Assembly (NCBI GenBank): GCA_043810925.1 | Contig: JBDRNT010000014.1 | Span: 1 to 49,744 of the forward strand | Source: Candidatus Eiseniibacteriota bacterium | GTDB lineage: Bacteria > Arandabacterota > Arandabacteria > Arandabacterales > Arandabacteraceae | Reading direction: 5' to 3' | DNA: 49,744 nt | Shown here: positions 35,874 to 44,314 of the stretch, piece after piece | How positions within the stretch are numbered: the first letter of the stretch is position 1 | Layout of the letters: every line of letters begins with the position of its first letter | Made by a program: the position numbers and the translations under genes | The notes under the pieces: model-generated | What the model was told of the DNA's origin: nothing | Database searches by the model: none | The model's input: only the letters and a program-made list of their open reading frames with translations

Positions 35874-37433
35874 TCAATACGTATGCCGGACACGGTATAT
35901 CGTGAGGACCTTCACGCCCCCAACCTCCACTGAGTAGAATTCGTCTCCGGCGGCTTGCTTCTTGTCCTGCCACCTGAAGTTCGTAAGATAGTAATTCGCT
36001 TCGACGGGCTTATCCACCAGGACGAGCCGTTTCCTGTCGTCCGCACGCAGCATCTGAATGTTGTCCAGCCCGACATCCCCCGCAACATAGACCTTAATCC
36101 TCTCATGCTCGTCATGTTCAAGAATGTGTTCGAGGCCCGCCCGATAAGACAGACCCCAGTAGTCGAGTTCGAACCTGCCTTCGGCCCCCCGGATTCCTCC
36201 GACGAGGCCGTTGAAGTAAAGATGCTGATATGGATGATGCTTCACCATGAAAAAAGCAGCGTACCCCAGGTCAACTGCTATAAGAAGCGTCACAATCGAG
36301 ACTATCAGGTGACATGGAGTTCCCGCCAGCCTCTGACGCAGGTATCTGAACAACGAAACCAGGCCGGTGAGCGATGTCATCAGGAGCCCCGGATAAACGA
36401 AAAACGCCTGCCGCCACGAGTCGTAGAGCGTCGCACGCGACGCGAGCAAGTAGCCTACGGGCAGCAGGAACGACATCAGGACCAGCATGGTGTTACGCCT
36501 GGTCATAACACAGACCGCCTGTCCCCGAGCAAGACAGCGGACTGAGAACACAATGCCGCAGGCCAGAAGCGCCATCAGGCAGACAGGTGTCGATACGGCG
36601 ATCCAGACGGGAAGGTAATGCCACGGCAGGTCTCTTGCCGGCATCTCGGTTCCGAGATAGAGAACAGACCCCGGCCAGGGGTAGTGGGCCATCTGCCGGT
36701 ATGCTTCGAGGAAACCTGCAACCGGTGCCTTCCAGAGTGTCGGCCAGAGAAGGATAGTGAGACCGGTTGCAAGGATGGCATACATCCCCAGACTGAGAAT
36801 GGTCCGGCGCGCAGTACGGCCTGTTCGCCGGTCTGCAAAAGCACTGTGGACAAGGAACCCGACGGTTACGGCGGGGACCAGCCCTCCGACAATCCGGATA
36901 TCGATCAGGATTGCGCTGACAAGAGCGTGAACCGCGATCGCCCCGAAAGTCCTGCGATCGAGATACGTCACAAGTGTGTACATACTTATGATGAAAACCG
37001 ACATAAACGGGATATCTTTGGGGTTATAGAACCCGTGGGCGAAGATGCGCGGACTCAGAACCAGCAAAGCGCTTGCCAAAAGACCGGTCTTCCAACTTCC
37101 GAACAGCCGACTGCACAGCAGATAGAAGAAAACCACCCCGGTCCAGAACACGATGAATGTAACCAGATGCCGCATCAGGTATATCGATCTTGTATCCTCA
37201 AGGCCCATGACACGCTCGACCGATAGAAGCAACATCTGATAGACCGGCCCATAGTGTCTGCGGTGATGTGACAGCAGCTCGTCGTCTTGCCCCGCGACGT
37301 ATTTATGGACCATCTCACCATAGTCACGCTGGACGGTCTCGTCCCAGGATATGCCGTAATCGTCGAATATTGTGAGACCCACAACGAAGAAGGCTGCGAA
37401 GAAGAGGAAAACAACTGTGTTTCGATACTTCAT
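35874..37433 (-). CDS. GT-C (ArnT/PMT-like) membrane glycosyltransferase, paralogue 1
   Basis: DYGISWDE, SPRIFAH.FYN.KDIPF, LPWHY.PVW, LYD.WR, FELDYWGLSYR; many TMs. Confidence 0.8.
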   Translation of the reverse strand: MKYRNTVVFLFFAAFFVVGLTIFDDYGISWDETVQRDYGEMVHKYVAGQDDELLSHHRRHYGPVYQMLLLSVERVMGLEDTRSIYLMRHLVTFIVFWTGVVFFYLLCSRLFGSWKTGLLASALLVLSPRIFAHGFYNPKDIPFMSVFIISMYTLVTYLDRRTFGAIAVHALVSAILIDIRIVGGLVPAVTVGFLVHSAFADRRTGRTARRTILSLGMYAILATGLTILLWPTLWKAPVAGFLEAYRQMAHYPWPGSVLYLGTEMPARDLPWHYLPVWIAVSTPVCLMALLACGIVFSVRCLARGQAVCVMTRRNTMLVLMSFLLPVGYLLASRATLYDSWRQAFFVYPGLLMTSLTGLVSLFRYLRQRLAGTPCHLIVSIVTLLIAVDLGYAAFFMVKHHPYQHLYFNGLVGGIRGAEGRFELDYWGLSYRAGLEHILEHDEHERIKVYVAGDVGLDNIQMLRADDRKRLVLVDKPVEANYYLTNFRWQDKKQAAGDEFYSVEVGGVKVLTIYRVRHTY

Positions 37434-37448
37434 CGATGTCTCGCTTGT

Positions 37449-37533
37449 GAGATTGCCGCGGCCCCTACGGAGCCTCGCAACACCATCTCCATGTGTCGGA
37501 TCGCCGCGCTCCCTTCGGGAGCTCGCGATGACG
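37449..37533. repeat. Two tandem CGTC-type palindromic repeats
   Basis: GAGATTGCCGCG...CTCGCAACACC and GGATCGCCGCGCTCCCTTCGGGAGCTCGCGATGACG; the minus strand begins CGTCATCGCGAG. Confidence 0.6.
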
Positions 37534-37543
37534 AATTCTCCCG

Positions 37544-37573
37544 GTAGCGTCGGGGGTGGAACCCGGACGCTAT
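37544..37573. repeat. GTAG-type REP hairpin
   Basis: GTAGCGTCGGGGGTGGAACCCGGACGCTAT, same family as 19665..19690. Confidence 0.7.
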
Positions 37574-37579
37574 GGTTTT

Positions 37580-39133
37580 TTACGAGCTAATCCGGTGCAA
37601 CCTGTGTACAGCCATGATTCGAACGCCGTCTACCTTTATGGAAAAGACTTCCTCTCCCGGCGGGCTCGACCGCTCCCACCTAAAATTGGTCAGGTAGTAT
37701 TGGGCCCTGTTGGGCTTGCCTGAAAAGACCAGCCGTTTCCGCTCTTCGGGTCTCAGAATATCGGCATTGTACCAGCCGGGCGGGTTCGGAGCGTATACCA
37801 TGATTCTATCCTGCGGGTCGTTGGCAAGGACATGCTCAAGGGCCTGTCTGTACGATAAGCCCCAGTAATCCAGATCAAACCTGCCCTCGGCCCCACGTAT
37901 CCCGCCCGTGAGTGCGCTGAAGTAGACGTTCTGGTGAGGGTGGTTCCGCACCATGAATACCGCGGCCGATCCGAGGTTGAGAGCTATCAGGATGACCAGC
38001 CCCCATGCAAGTACACGGCGCACCGTTCCACGGAACCGCGCACCTATTACGCCCCACAGCCACCCGGCGCCCACCGCTGCAAGCAGGAGCATCGCGGGAT
38101 AGATGAAGAAGGTATGCCGCCACGCATCATAGAGAACCGCTCCCGAGAGAATCGAATAGACTAGAGGTAGAAAGAACCACGCAATGGCCAGCACCGCGAT
38201 CCGAGACCGGGTACGTATTGAGACCGCGAGCCCGACTATGAAAAGCACCGTTACGGCTAACGGTGTCGATACGGCGATCCATACAGGGATATAATGCCAT
38301 GGCAGCTGGGTCGACCACACGTCGGATCCCAGGTAGGTGACTGTCGCCTCCCAGGGGAAGTTACGCATACCTTCGAATACACGAATGAAGTTGCCCAGAG
38401 GATCTCGCCAGAGGGTGGGCCACAGGAGCACGGTGAGCGAAATCAGTATTACTATATAGAGACTGAAAGTCAGTCCGATGCGCCTGAGCTCGGACCTGGT
38501 CCCTTTCGACTTAAGCGCTTCCCGGAGTACAAAGCCGGCCGTCAGAACCGGTAGGAACACACCAACAATTCGGATGTCGATAAGGAGTGCGCAGATGACT
38601 CCGTGGGCCGCGGCCCTTATGAAGGACCGGACGTCAAGATACCTCACGAGCGTGAAGATCCCGATTATGAACATACACATGAAAGGAATGTCTTTCGAAT
38701 TGTAGAAGGCATGGGCGAATATCCTCGGACTCAGGATCAGCAGACCGCTTCCGAGGAGGCCAAGCTTCCAGCTCTTGAGCTCACGCTTCGAGAGAAGATA
38801 GAAGAAGACAGCGCCAAGCCAGAACGTAAGGAAGACCACCAGGTGTCTCATCAGGTAGACCTGCCTGGTGTCATCAAGACCAAGTGCCTTTTCGAGCGAA
38901 AAAAGCGCGAACTCAATTACGGGGCCGTAGTACCTGTGACGGTCGGTGAAGAGCTCGCGATCTCCGGCCGTCACGTAGTTATAGACCTTCTCGCCGTACT
39001 CGCGTTGCACCCTCTCATCCCACGAAACACCATAGTCCCTGAAGACACCGATCCCGACGAAGAGCAGAACAGCGAAGAAGACGAACGGGACGACCCGGCG
39101 AGCATCTGCAAAGCCCAACTTCATACCGGCCAC
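37580..39133 (-). CDS. GT-C (ArnT/PMT-like) membrane glycosyltransferase, paralogue 2
   Basis: Same motifs as 35874..37433 along the whole length; tandem duplicate. Confidence 0.8.
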   Translation of the reverse strand: MAGMKLGFADARRVVPFVFFAVLLFVGIGVFRDYGVSWDERVQREYGEKVYNYVTAGDRELFTDRHRYYGPVIEFALFSLEKALGLDDTRQVYLMRHLVVFLTFWLGAVFFYLLSKRELKSWKLGLLGSGLLILSPRIFAHAFYNSKDIPFMCMFIIGIFTLVRYLDVRSFIRAAAHGVICALLIDIRIVGVFLPVLTAGFVLREALKSKGTRSELRRIGLTFSLYIVILISLTVLLWPTLWRDPLGNFIRVFEGMRNFPWEATVTYLGSDVWSTQLPWHYIPVWIAVSTPLAVTVLFIVGLAVSIRTRSRIAVLAIAWFFLPLVYSILSGAVLYDAWRHTFFIYPAMLLLAAVGAGWLWGVIGARFRGTVRRVLAWGLVILIALNLGSAAVFMVRNHPHQNVYFSALTGGIRGAEGRFDLDYWGLSYRQALEHVLANDPQDRIMVYAPNPPGWYNADILRPEERKRLVFSGKPNRAQYYLTNFRWERSSPPGEEVFSIKVDGVRIMAVHRLHRISS

Positions 39134-39292
39134 CTGCCACTTACCCGTATCACCGTGGATGCCGAATCTGCGAATAACATTGAATCTCCGATCCAGGACC
39201 GTGCGGAGTATCGTCCCTGAGTTGGATTTATTGTAGCATCGTCAGGGCCGTGCTTAAAGCCGTTTCGCATGCCGTCTGGGATTGAATCCGGC

Positions 39293-42200
39293 CTACCTGA
39301 TAAGGAGGAGTTTGTGGCTGGCTGTAGTACCGGTGGCGGTCGTAAAACTGCAGAAGTAGATGCCGGTGGCGGCGCGGCGGCCGCTATCGTTCTCACCCAT
39401 CCAGACAGATTCATAGCGGCCCGGCCCGCGACTGCCTTCATATAAGACCCTGACAAGCGCGCCTGCCGCATCGTAGACCCTCAAGCTGATGTTATCTCGT
39501 CGGGCCAAGTCATACCGGATGATGGTCGATACGCCGAAGGGGTTGGGATAGTTCTGATGAAGTGCCGTGCGTGCAGGCGGACCGGGCAGCTCGTCGTCGT
39601 GCCGGTTGATGAATTCCCTGCTACCCACAAGAAGCATGAACCGTGCTTCCTCTTCCGGGACGATGAGTCGCTCACCTGAATGGAATGAGTAACCTGCTTC
39701 ATTCCGGAGATCCACTATGCGCTCCAGTTTCCGGTCGATGAGATATACGCGTGCTTCCTCCGGCAATGTCTCCAATCCATCGAACCCAAGCAATACGTTA
39801 TCCGCCACACCGGCATCGGAGAAGGTCTTCGCCACATCAAATATCCATGCGTGGCCCCAGAGATCCTCTTCACTCAGCTGGACCTCTAGTTGCCCGGTGC
39901 CCAGCGCCTCATACACTCCCCTGATATCAGTTGTGTACCTTCCAGGATGGTCCATCCAGGATTGATGCGGGAAGTATAGCGACATGGATCTCCCCGGGCA
40001 CATAGGCGGCTCCGACCGGTCATGCTTGTCCCACCCCGTGGCAGCCCCCAGCGCGGTCCCTGCTGAGTTTCCGGCATCAACAACGTCTCCGCATGATGAT
40101 ACAATCTCTATTCGCCACGTCTCGTCCCATCCGGAACCCCCACGGCTGAGAGCACCCGGCGCGCTTGCCGCAGTCATCCCCGGCCCAGCCTGCCGTGGTG
40201 GAACCGTAAGTGTAACCGGCCGGCTTTCGAGGTTTTTCACCCAATAGCCCCGGAACGGCTCCAGGATCTCAACACCATACGTGTAACCCTCGCCCGCATG
40301 CCAGGCGACCGCGGGTTCCACAAGAACCGACTCGACGTCCGCCATGGGTTGCCCACTGACGGCAAGTGAATCCCACGCAACGGGAAACACGAAGGGATTG
40401 CCGATCTGATTCCAGCCCGTCTCCAGGACTATAGAAAAGGCGCTGTCGGTCGCAGTGGAGTATCCTCTGACCGGTGCCGTGCTGATACGGCTTGCGCTTG
40501 AAGAGATCAGCCAGAAGGCCCTGCCCGGCACGGGCCGAAACCACGCGATGGTCTCGTCAGACAACTCTTCGTATTCATCCGGCCCAGGCCGGTAGCGGAA
40601 ACAGCGCCACCGCATCGGATCGTACGGGCCGAAAGCGCCCTGATCCGACAGGAGTGCTTCGAGAGTACCTGTGAAGTCTTCACCGAAGTCCAGCGGGATG
40701 GTCACCATGCGGTACTCGCCGGCCGGTGAAACCTCTTCCTCTTGAAGATCCGGCACCGTAACCGTAATGGCGGCGGGGAAGGCGGCCGGATCGACAGCGG
40801 GATAGGTCAGGTCCGTTGTCAGCGTCAGGACACGCACCCAGTATTCCACGCCCCTTGCCCCCACAAGACTGTCGGGGATGATCCCGATCGGAAGCGGCGC
40901 CGGCTCTTCCAGCGCCAGGGCCCCGTAGGCGGACTCACCGCCCATACGCATGTACAGCGTACCTTCTATGAATTCAGTTCCATCCGGTAGCGACACAAGG
41001 ACGGTTATGTCTCTGTTCTTCAGGAAATCCGAACCGGAGTTGGGACGAGGCGTCACGGATATCGCAGCGGGTGAGGCCACAGCCTGGTAGAAAAAACCTG
41101 AATGAGGTGCACCCACGGGGTCTGTGGCAAAGATGCCGCTGTTCTCAACCTTTATGTAGTACTCAAGTCCTGATTCCGTTACACCGCCGCCCGGGATCAC
41201 CGCTATGAAGTCGCCGGCAGATGCAGCAAGAGGTATGCTGTCCGCAAAAGCCCCGGCACCCGACGGGCGATGGTAAAGAAAACCTCTTTCCACGTTGACC
41301 CCCGGACCCGGCGTCACGATTGCCGTCAGCGCTTCGCCCAGTGGCACCTCCGGCGCTGAGGCCAGGAGGCGGGTTTCGATTTCAAGAGCCCGAATATCCG
41401 TCTCTATTTCAATGGCGGTAAACGGCGTCACGGGATCGGTGCTCTCGATAAGCAACTCGCCGGAGATCGTCAGTTCCATCCGTGGCATTAGAAACACGCT
41501 GACGTTAATGCTGTCACCGGAATCGATAACATGTGGGAAGCAAAGGTCACATCTCATCTCGACCGACGGCAGTCCCGCGTCTGTGAGGATCAGGAGCTCA
41601 TTACCGGTATTCGAGATCGTGAAGTGTGAAGAGGCGGTGTCGCCAACCGTTAATGTCGGAAACGAAAGCAGGGCCGTCGATGAGGCGATCTCCGGACGCA
41701 CGGGTTCCACATGGCCGACATCCGTGGTGTGCGATGAGATACGCCGGATCGAACTTACCCTGAGAGGAGTGGAGATTGTCCGCAGGCGAAGAATCACGCC
41801 CCGGGTATCAAACGGGAGCCTTGATACGTCCCAGTACCAGATATGCTCTTCACCCTGTGGAGATGTCTTGAGCGGTCCGACGCTGCCTGAGTATCCGGTC
41901 ATCTCTGCCGCATACCAGGTGGGAACTCCCCTGAACTGATACTCCGGCACAATCCAGACCGGATCCGATTCCACATCGAAGGCGCTTATCGAAATCTGAT
42001 AGGTGTTGTCCGCTTTCTCATTAACACTTACCGAGCCTAAGAACGCGGTGTTATTCGGCAGATGGTTCGCAGGATCCGCCGGATCTCCTCTGAAAACAGG
42101 GTTCATGATACCTTTATACAGATTGTTACTCTGGCCGGAGTTTCCACAAATCAAGTCCTGATCCCCGTCATTATCCATGTCGCAGAGGGCGATGCTCTTG

Positions 42201-44278
42201 GTGGAATTCGTAAGATCGGACAACCAGTCGGGACCGGTTCGAAGGGCGTTGCCATCATTGACATACAGCGTATTGCTCTGACCGTCATTTCCGCAAATGA
42301 GATCGAGATCGCCATCGCCGTCGATGTCAGCAAGAGCCACGCTCTCGGTTACATTCGCTGGACCGCATGACCAAGCGGGACCCGAAGAGAAAATGCCTCC
42401 CTCGTTCTCGTAGAGCATATTACTCTGGCTGCTGTTTCCGCAGACGAGATCGAGATCGCCATCGCCATCCACATCCCCCAGCGCAACGCTCAGAGTGTGG
42501 TTCGGCGGGCCTGCAGTCCAGACAGGCGTTTCCTCGAATATACCTCCTTTGTTCAGATACAGGGTGTTGCCCTGTGCGAAGTTTCCGCAGACCAGGTCGA
42601 GATCGCCGTCGCCGTCCACATCACCAAGAGCCACACTCTCGGTAAGATTGGCCTCTCCTGACGACCACGCTGCATCCTCTGACAGACTGTCGCCGTCATT
42701 AAGATAGAGTCTATTGCTCTGGCCGTGATCCCCTGAATTGCCGCACACCAGATCAAGGGCACCATCCCCGTTGATGTCCCCCAGTGCGACGCTGGTCGTG
42801 AAATCCGCTGAATCCGACGTCCAACTCGGATCTGTCGAGAACACTCCACCGCCATTCAGGTACACAATGTTCGGCGTCCCCCAGTTTCCGCAGACGAGAT
42901 CAAGGTCGCCGTCTCCATCGATATCACCGAGGCCCACACCCCTGGTGTCGCTTACGACACCCGAGAGCCACGTGGGGCTTGTTGCGAAGAGGTTCCCATC
43001 ATTCAGGTAAAGCGCGCTGCTATAGGTGGCGTTGCCGCAGACGAGATCGCGATCTCCATCCTGATCGACATCCCCGAGGGCTACGCTGTGAGTCACCCTT
43101 CGCGGAGCCGATTGCCACGCCACACCTTTGTCCAGGGCCGGAGTCTCATTGCGGTACATGGTGTTACTCCGCGCGGGGTAGCCTCCGTTTCCACATACGA
43201 GATCCGGGTCGCCGTCGCCATCGACGTCACCTGGTACTATGCACAACGTCCGGTCCTCCGGGCCCGACAGCCAGTCCGGGTCCGACGGGAAAGTGCCGCC
43301 TGAATTGAGATAGAGCGTATTGCTCTCAGCGAAGTTCCCACAGACGAGATCAAGATCACCATCCCCGTCAACGTCACTGAGCTCCACGCCATGGGTATCG
43401 CTGGCGGGCCCGGATGACCAGACTGAATCAGGGGAGAACACTCCACCGAGATTCAGATACAGCATGTCGCTGTCTTCCGAGTTTCCGCACACAAGATCAA
43501 GATCCCCGTCGCCATCAATATCGCCCAGGGCCGTAGCCGTCGTATGATTCGTCTGGAGCGAAGACCAAACAGGACCAGTGGAAAATGTGCTGTCGCTGTT
43601 CAAGTAGAGATCGTTGCTCTGAGCGAAGTTACCGCATACCAGGTCGATATCCCCGTCACCATCGATATCGCCCAGTGTTACGCTCTCGGTGAACTTATAG
43701 GACTCCGACGACCAGTCCGGCTCTGACGAAAATGCCGCGCCGGCATTCAAGTACAAGGTGTTCTTCTCACCGTCATTGCCGCAGACCAGATCGAGGTGAC
43801 CGTCACCATCGATGTCCCCCAGGGCAACGCTGGTGGTATGCAGGCTCTCAGACTCCCATACCGGAGAGGCCGAAAAGGTGCCGCCCTCGTTCAAATGCAA
43901 TGAGGCACCTTTCTCCCAGTCTCCAAATACAACATCCAGGTCACCGTCACCATCCACGTCTCCGAGGGCCATCCCGCGCGTGGGGGTTTCGGACGCCGAA
44001 GACCATACCGGGTTAATCGCAAAACTCCCGTGTTCGTTCAGGTAGAGCGTGTTGCTCTGAGCATAGTTGCCGCATACAAGATCAAGATCGCCGTCACCAT
44101 CAACATCCCCCAGCGCAATGCCGCTCGTGGAATTCGTATGTCCGGACGACCATACCGGATCAGGTGAGAAGACCTGCTCTCCGGCTTGTGCCGGCGGAGC
44201 CGGGACTATCACACACATGAGTATGAGGCAGACAATCACGCTGAGACCCGGCACCCGGCACCCGGCATCCTTATTCAA
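39293..44278 (-). CDS. Large secreted FG-GAP/VCBS repeat protein with Ig-like domains and FlgD/T9SS-like C-terminal domain
   Basis: Signal peptide; 14 repeats of about 50 aa with GD[VI]DGDGDLDLVCGN; ISNTGN Ig-like domain; C-terminal LHQNYPNPF...YDAAG.LVR.L...GIYF. Confidence 0.88.
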   Translation of the reverse strand: MNKDAGCRVPGLSVIVCLILMCVIVPAPPAQAGEQVFSPDPVWSSGHTNSTSGIALGDVDGDGDLDLVCGNYAQSNTLYLNEHGSFAINPVWSSASETPTRGMALGDVDGDGDLDVVFGDWEKGASLHLNEGGTFSASPVWESESLHTTSVALGDIDGDGHLDLVCGNDGEKNTLYLNAGAAFSSEPDWSSESYKFTESVTLGDIDGDGDIDLVCGNFAQSNDLYLNSDSTFSTGPVWSSLQTNHTTATALGDIDGDGDLDLVCGNSEDSDMLYLNLGGVFSPDSVWSSGPASDTHGVELSDVDGDGDLDLVCGNFAESNTLYLNSGGTFPSDPDWLSGPEDRTLCIVPGDVDGDGDPDLVCGNGGYPARSNTMYRNETPALDKGVAWQSAPRRVTHSVALGDVDQDGDRDLVCGNATYSSALYLNDGNLFATSPTWLSGVVSDTRGVGLGDIDGDGDLDLVCGNWGTPNIVYLNGGGVFSTDPSWTSDSADFTTSVALGDINGDGALDLVCGNSGDHGQSNRLYLNDGDSLSEDAAWSSGEANLTESVALGDVDGDGDLDLVCGNFAQGNTLYLNKGGIFEETPVWTAGPPNHTLSVALGDVDGDGDLDLVCGNSSQSNMLYENEGGIFSSGPAWSCGPANVTESVALADIDGDGDLDLICGNDGQSNTLYVNDGNALRTGPDWLSDLTNSTKSIALCDMDNDGDQDLICGNSGQSNNLYKGIMNPVFRGDPADPANHLPNNTAFLGSVSVNEKADNTYQISISAFDVESDPVWIVPEYQFRGVPTWYAAEMTGYSGSVGPLKTSPQGEEHIWYWDVSRLPFDTRGVILRLRTISTPLRVSSIRRISSHTTDVGHVEPVRPEIASSTALLSFPTLTVGDTASSHFTISNTGNELLILTDAGLPSVEMRCDLCFPHVIDSGDSINVSVFLMPRMELTISGELLIESTDPVTPFTAIEIETDIRALEIETRLLASAPEVPLGEALTAIVTPGPGVNVERGFLYHRPSGAGAFADSIPLAASAGDFIAVIPGGGVTESGLEYYIKVENSGIFATDPVGAPHSGFFYQAVASPAAISVTPRPNSGSDFLKNRDITVLVSLPDGTEFIEGTLYMRMGGESAYGALALEEPAPLPIGIIPDSLVGARGVEYWVRVLTLTTDLTYPAVDPAAFPAAITVTVPDLQEEEVSPAGEYRMVTIPLDFGEDFTGTLEALLSDQGAFGPYDPMRWRCFRYRPGPDEYEELSDETIAWFRPVPGRAFWLISSSASRISTAPVRGYSTATDSAFSIVLETGWNQIGNPFVFPVAWDSLAVSGQPMADVESVLVEPAVAWHAGEGYTYGVEILEPFRGYWVKNLESRPVTLTVPPRQAGPGMTAASAPGALSRGGSGWDETWRIEIVSSCGDVVDAGNSAGTALGAATGWDKHDRSEPPMCPGRSMSLYFPHQSWMDHPGRYTTDIRGVYEALGTGQLEVQLSEEDLWGHAWIFDVAKTFSDAGVADNVLLGFDGLETLPEEARVYLIDRKLERIVDLRNEAGYSFHSGERLIVPEEEARFMLLVGSREFINRHDDELPGPPARTALHQNYPNPFGVSTIIRYDLARRDNISLRVYDAAGALVRVLYEGSRGPGRYESVWMGENDSGRRAATGIYFCSFTTATGTTASHKLLLIR

Positions 44279-44314
44279 GCATGCTTCCCTTCTAAGGCGG
44301 ATTCAGACCCACCT

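Noticed and set aside
39121-39471. 116-aa - strand ORF bridging the FG-GAP gene and the GT-C gene
   Set aside because: It overlaps the FG-GAP gene's 3' end in another frame, and has no motif or clear RBS.
42120-44180. About 150-bp periodic DNA repeats that could be mistaken for a CRISPR array or DGR template
   Set aside because: They are in-frame FG-GAP coding repeats with synonymous variation; no cas or reverse transcriptase gene is present.
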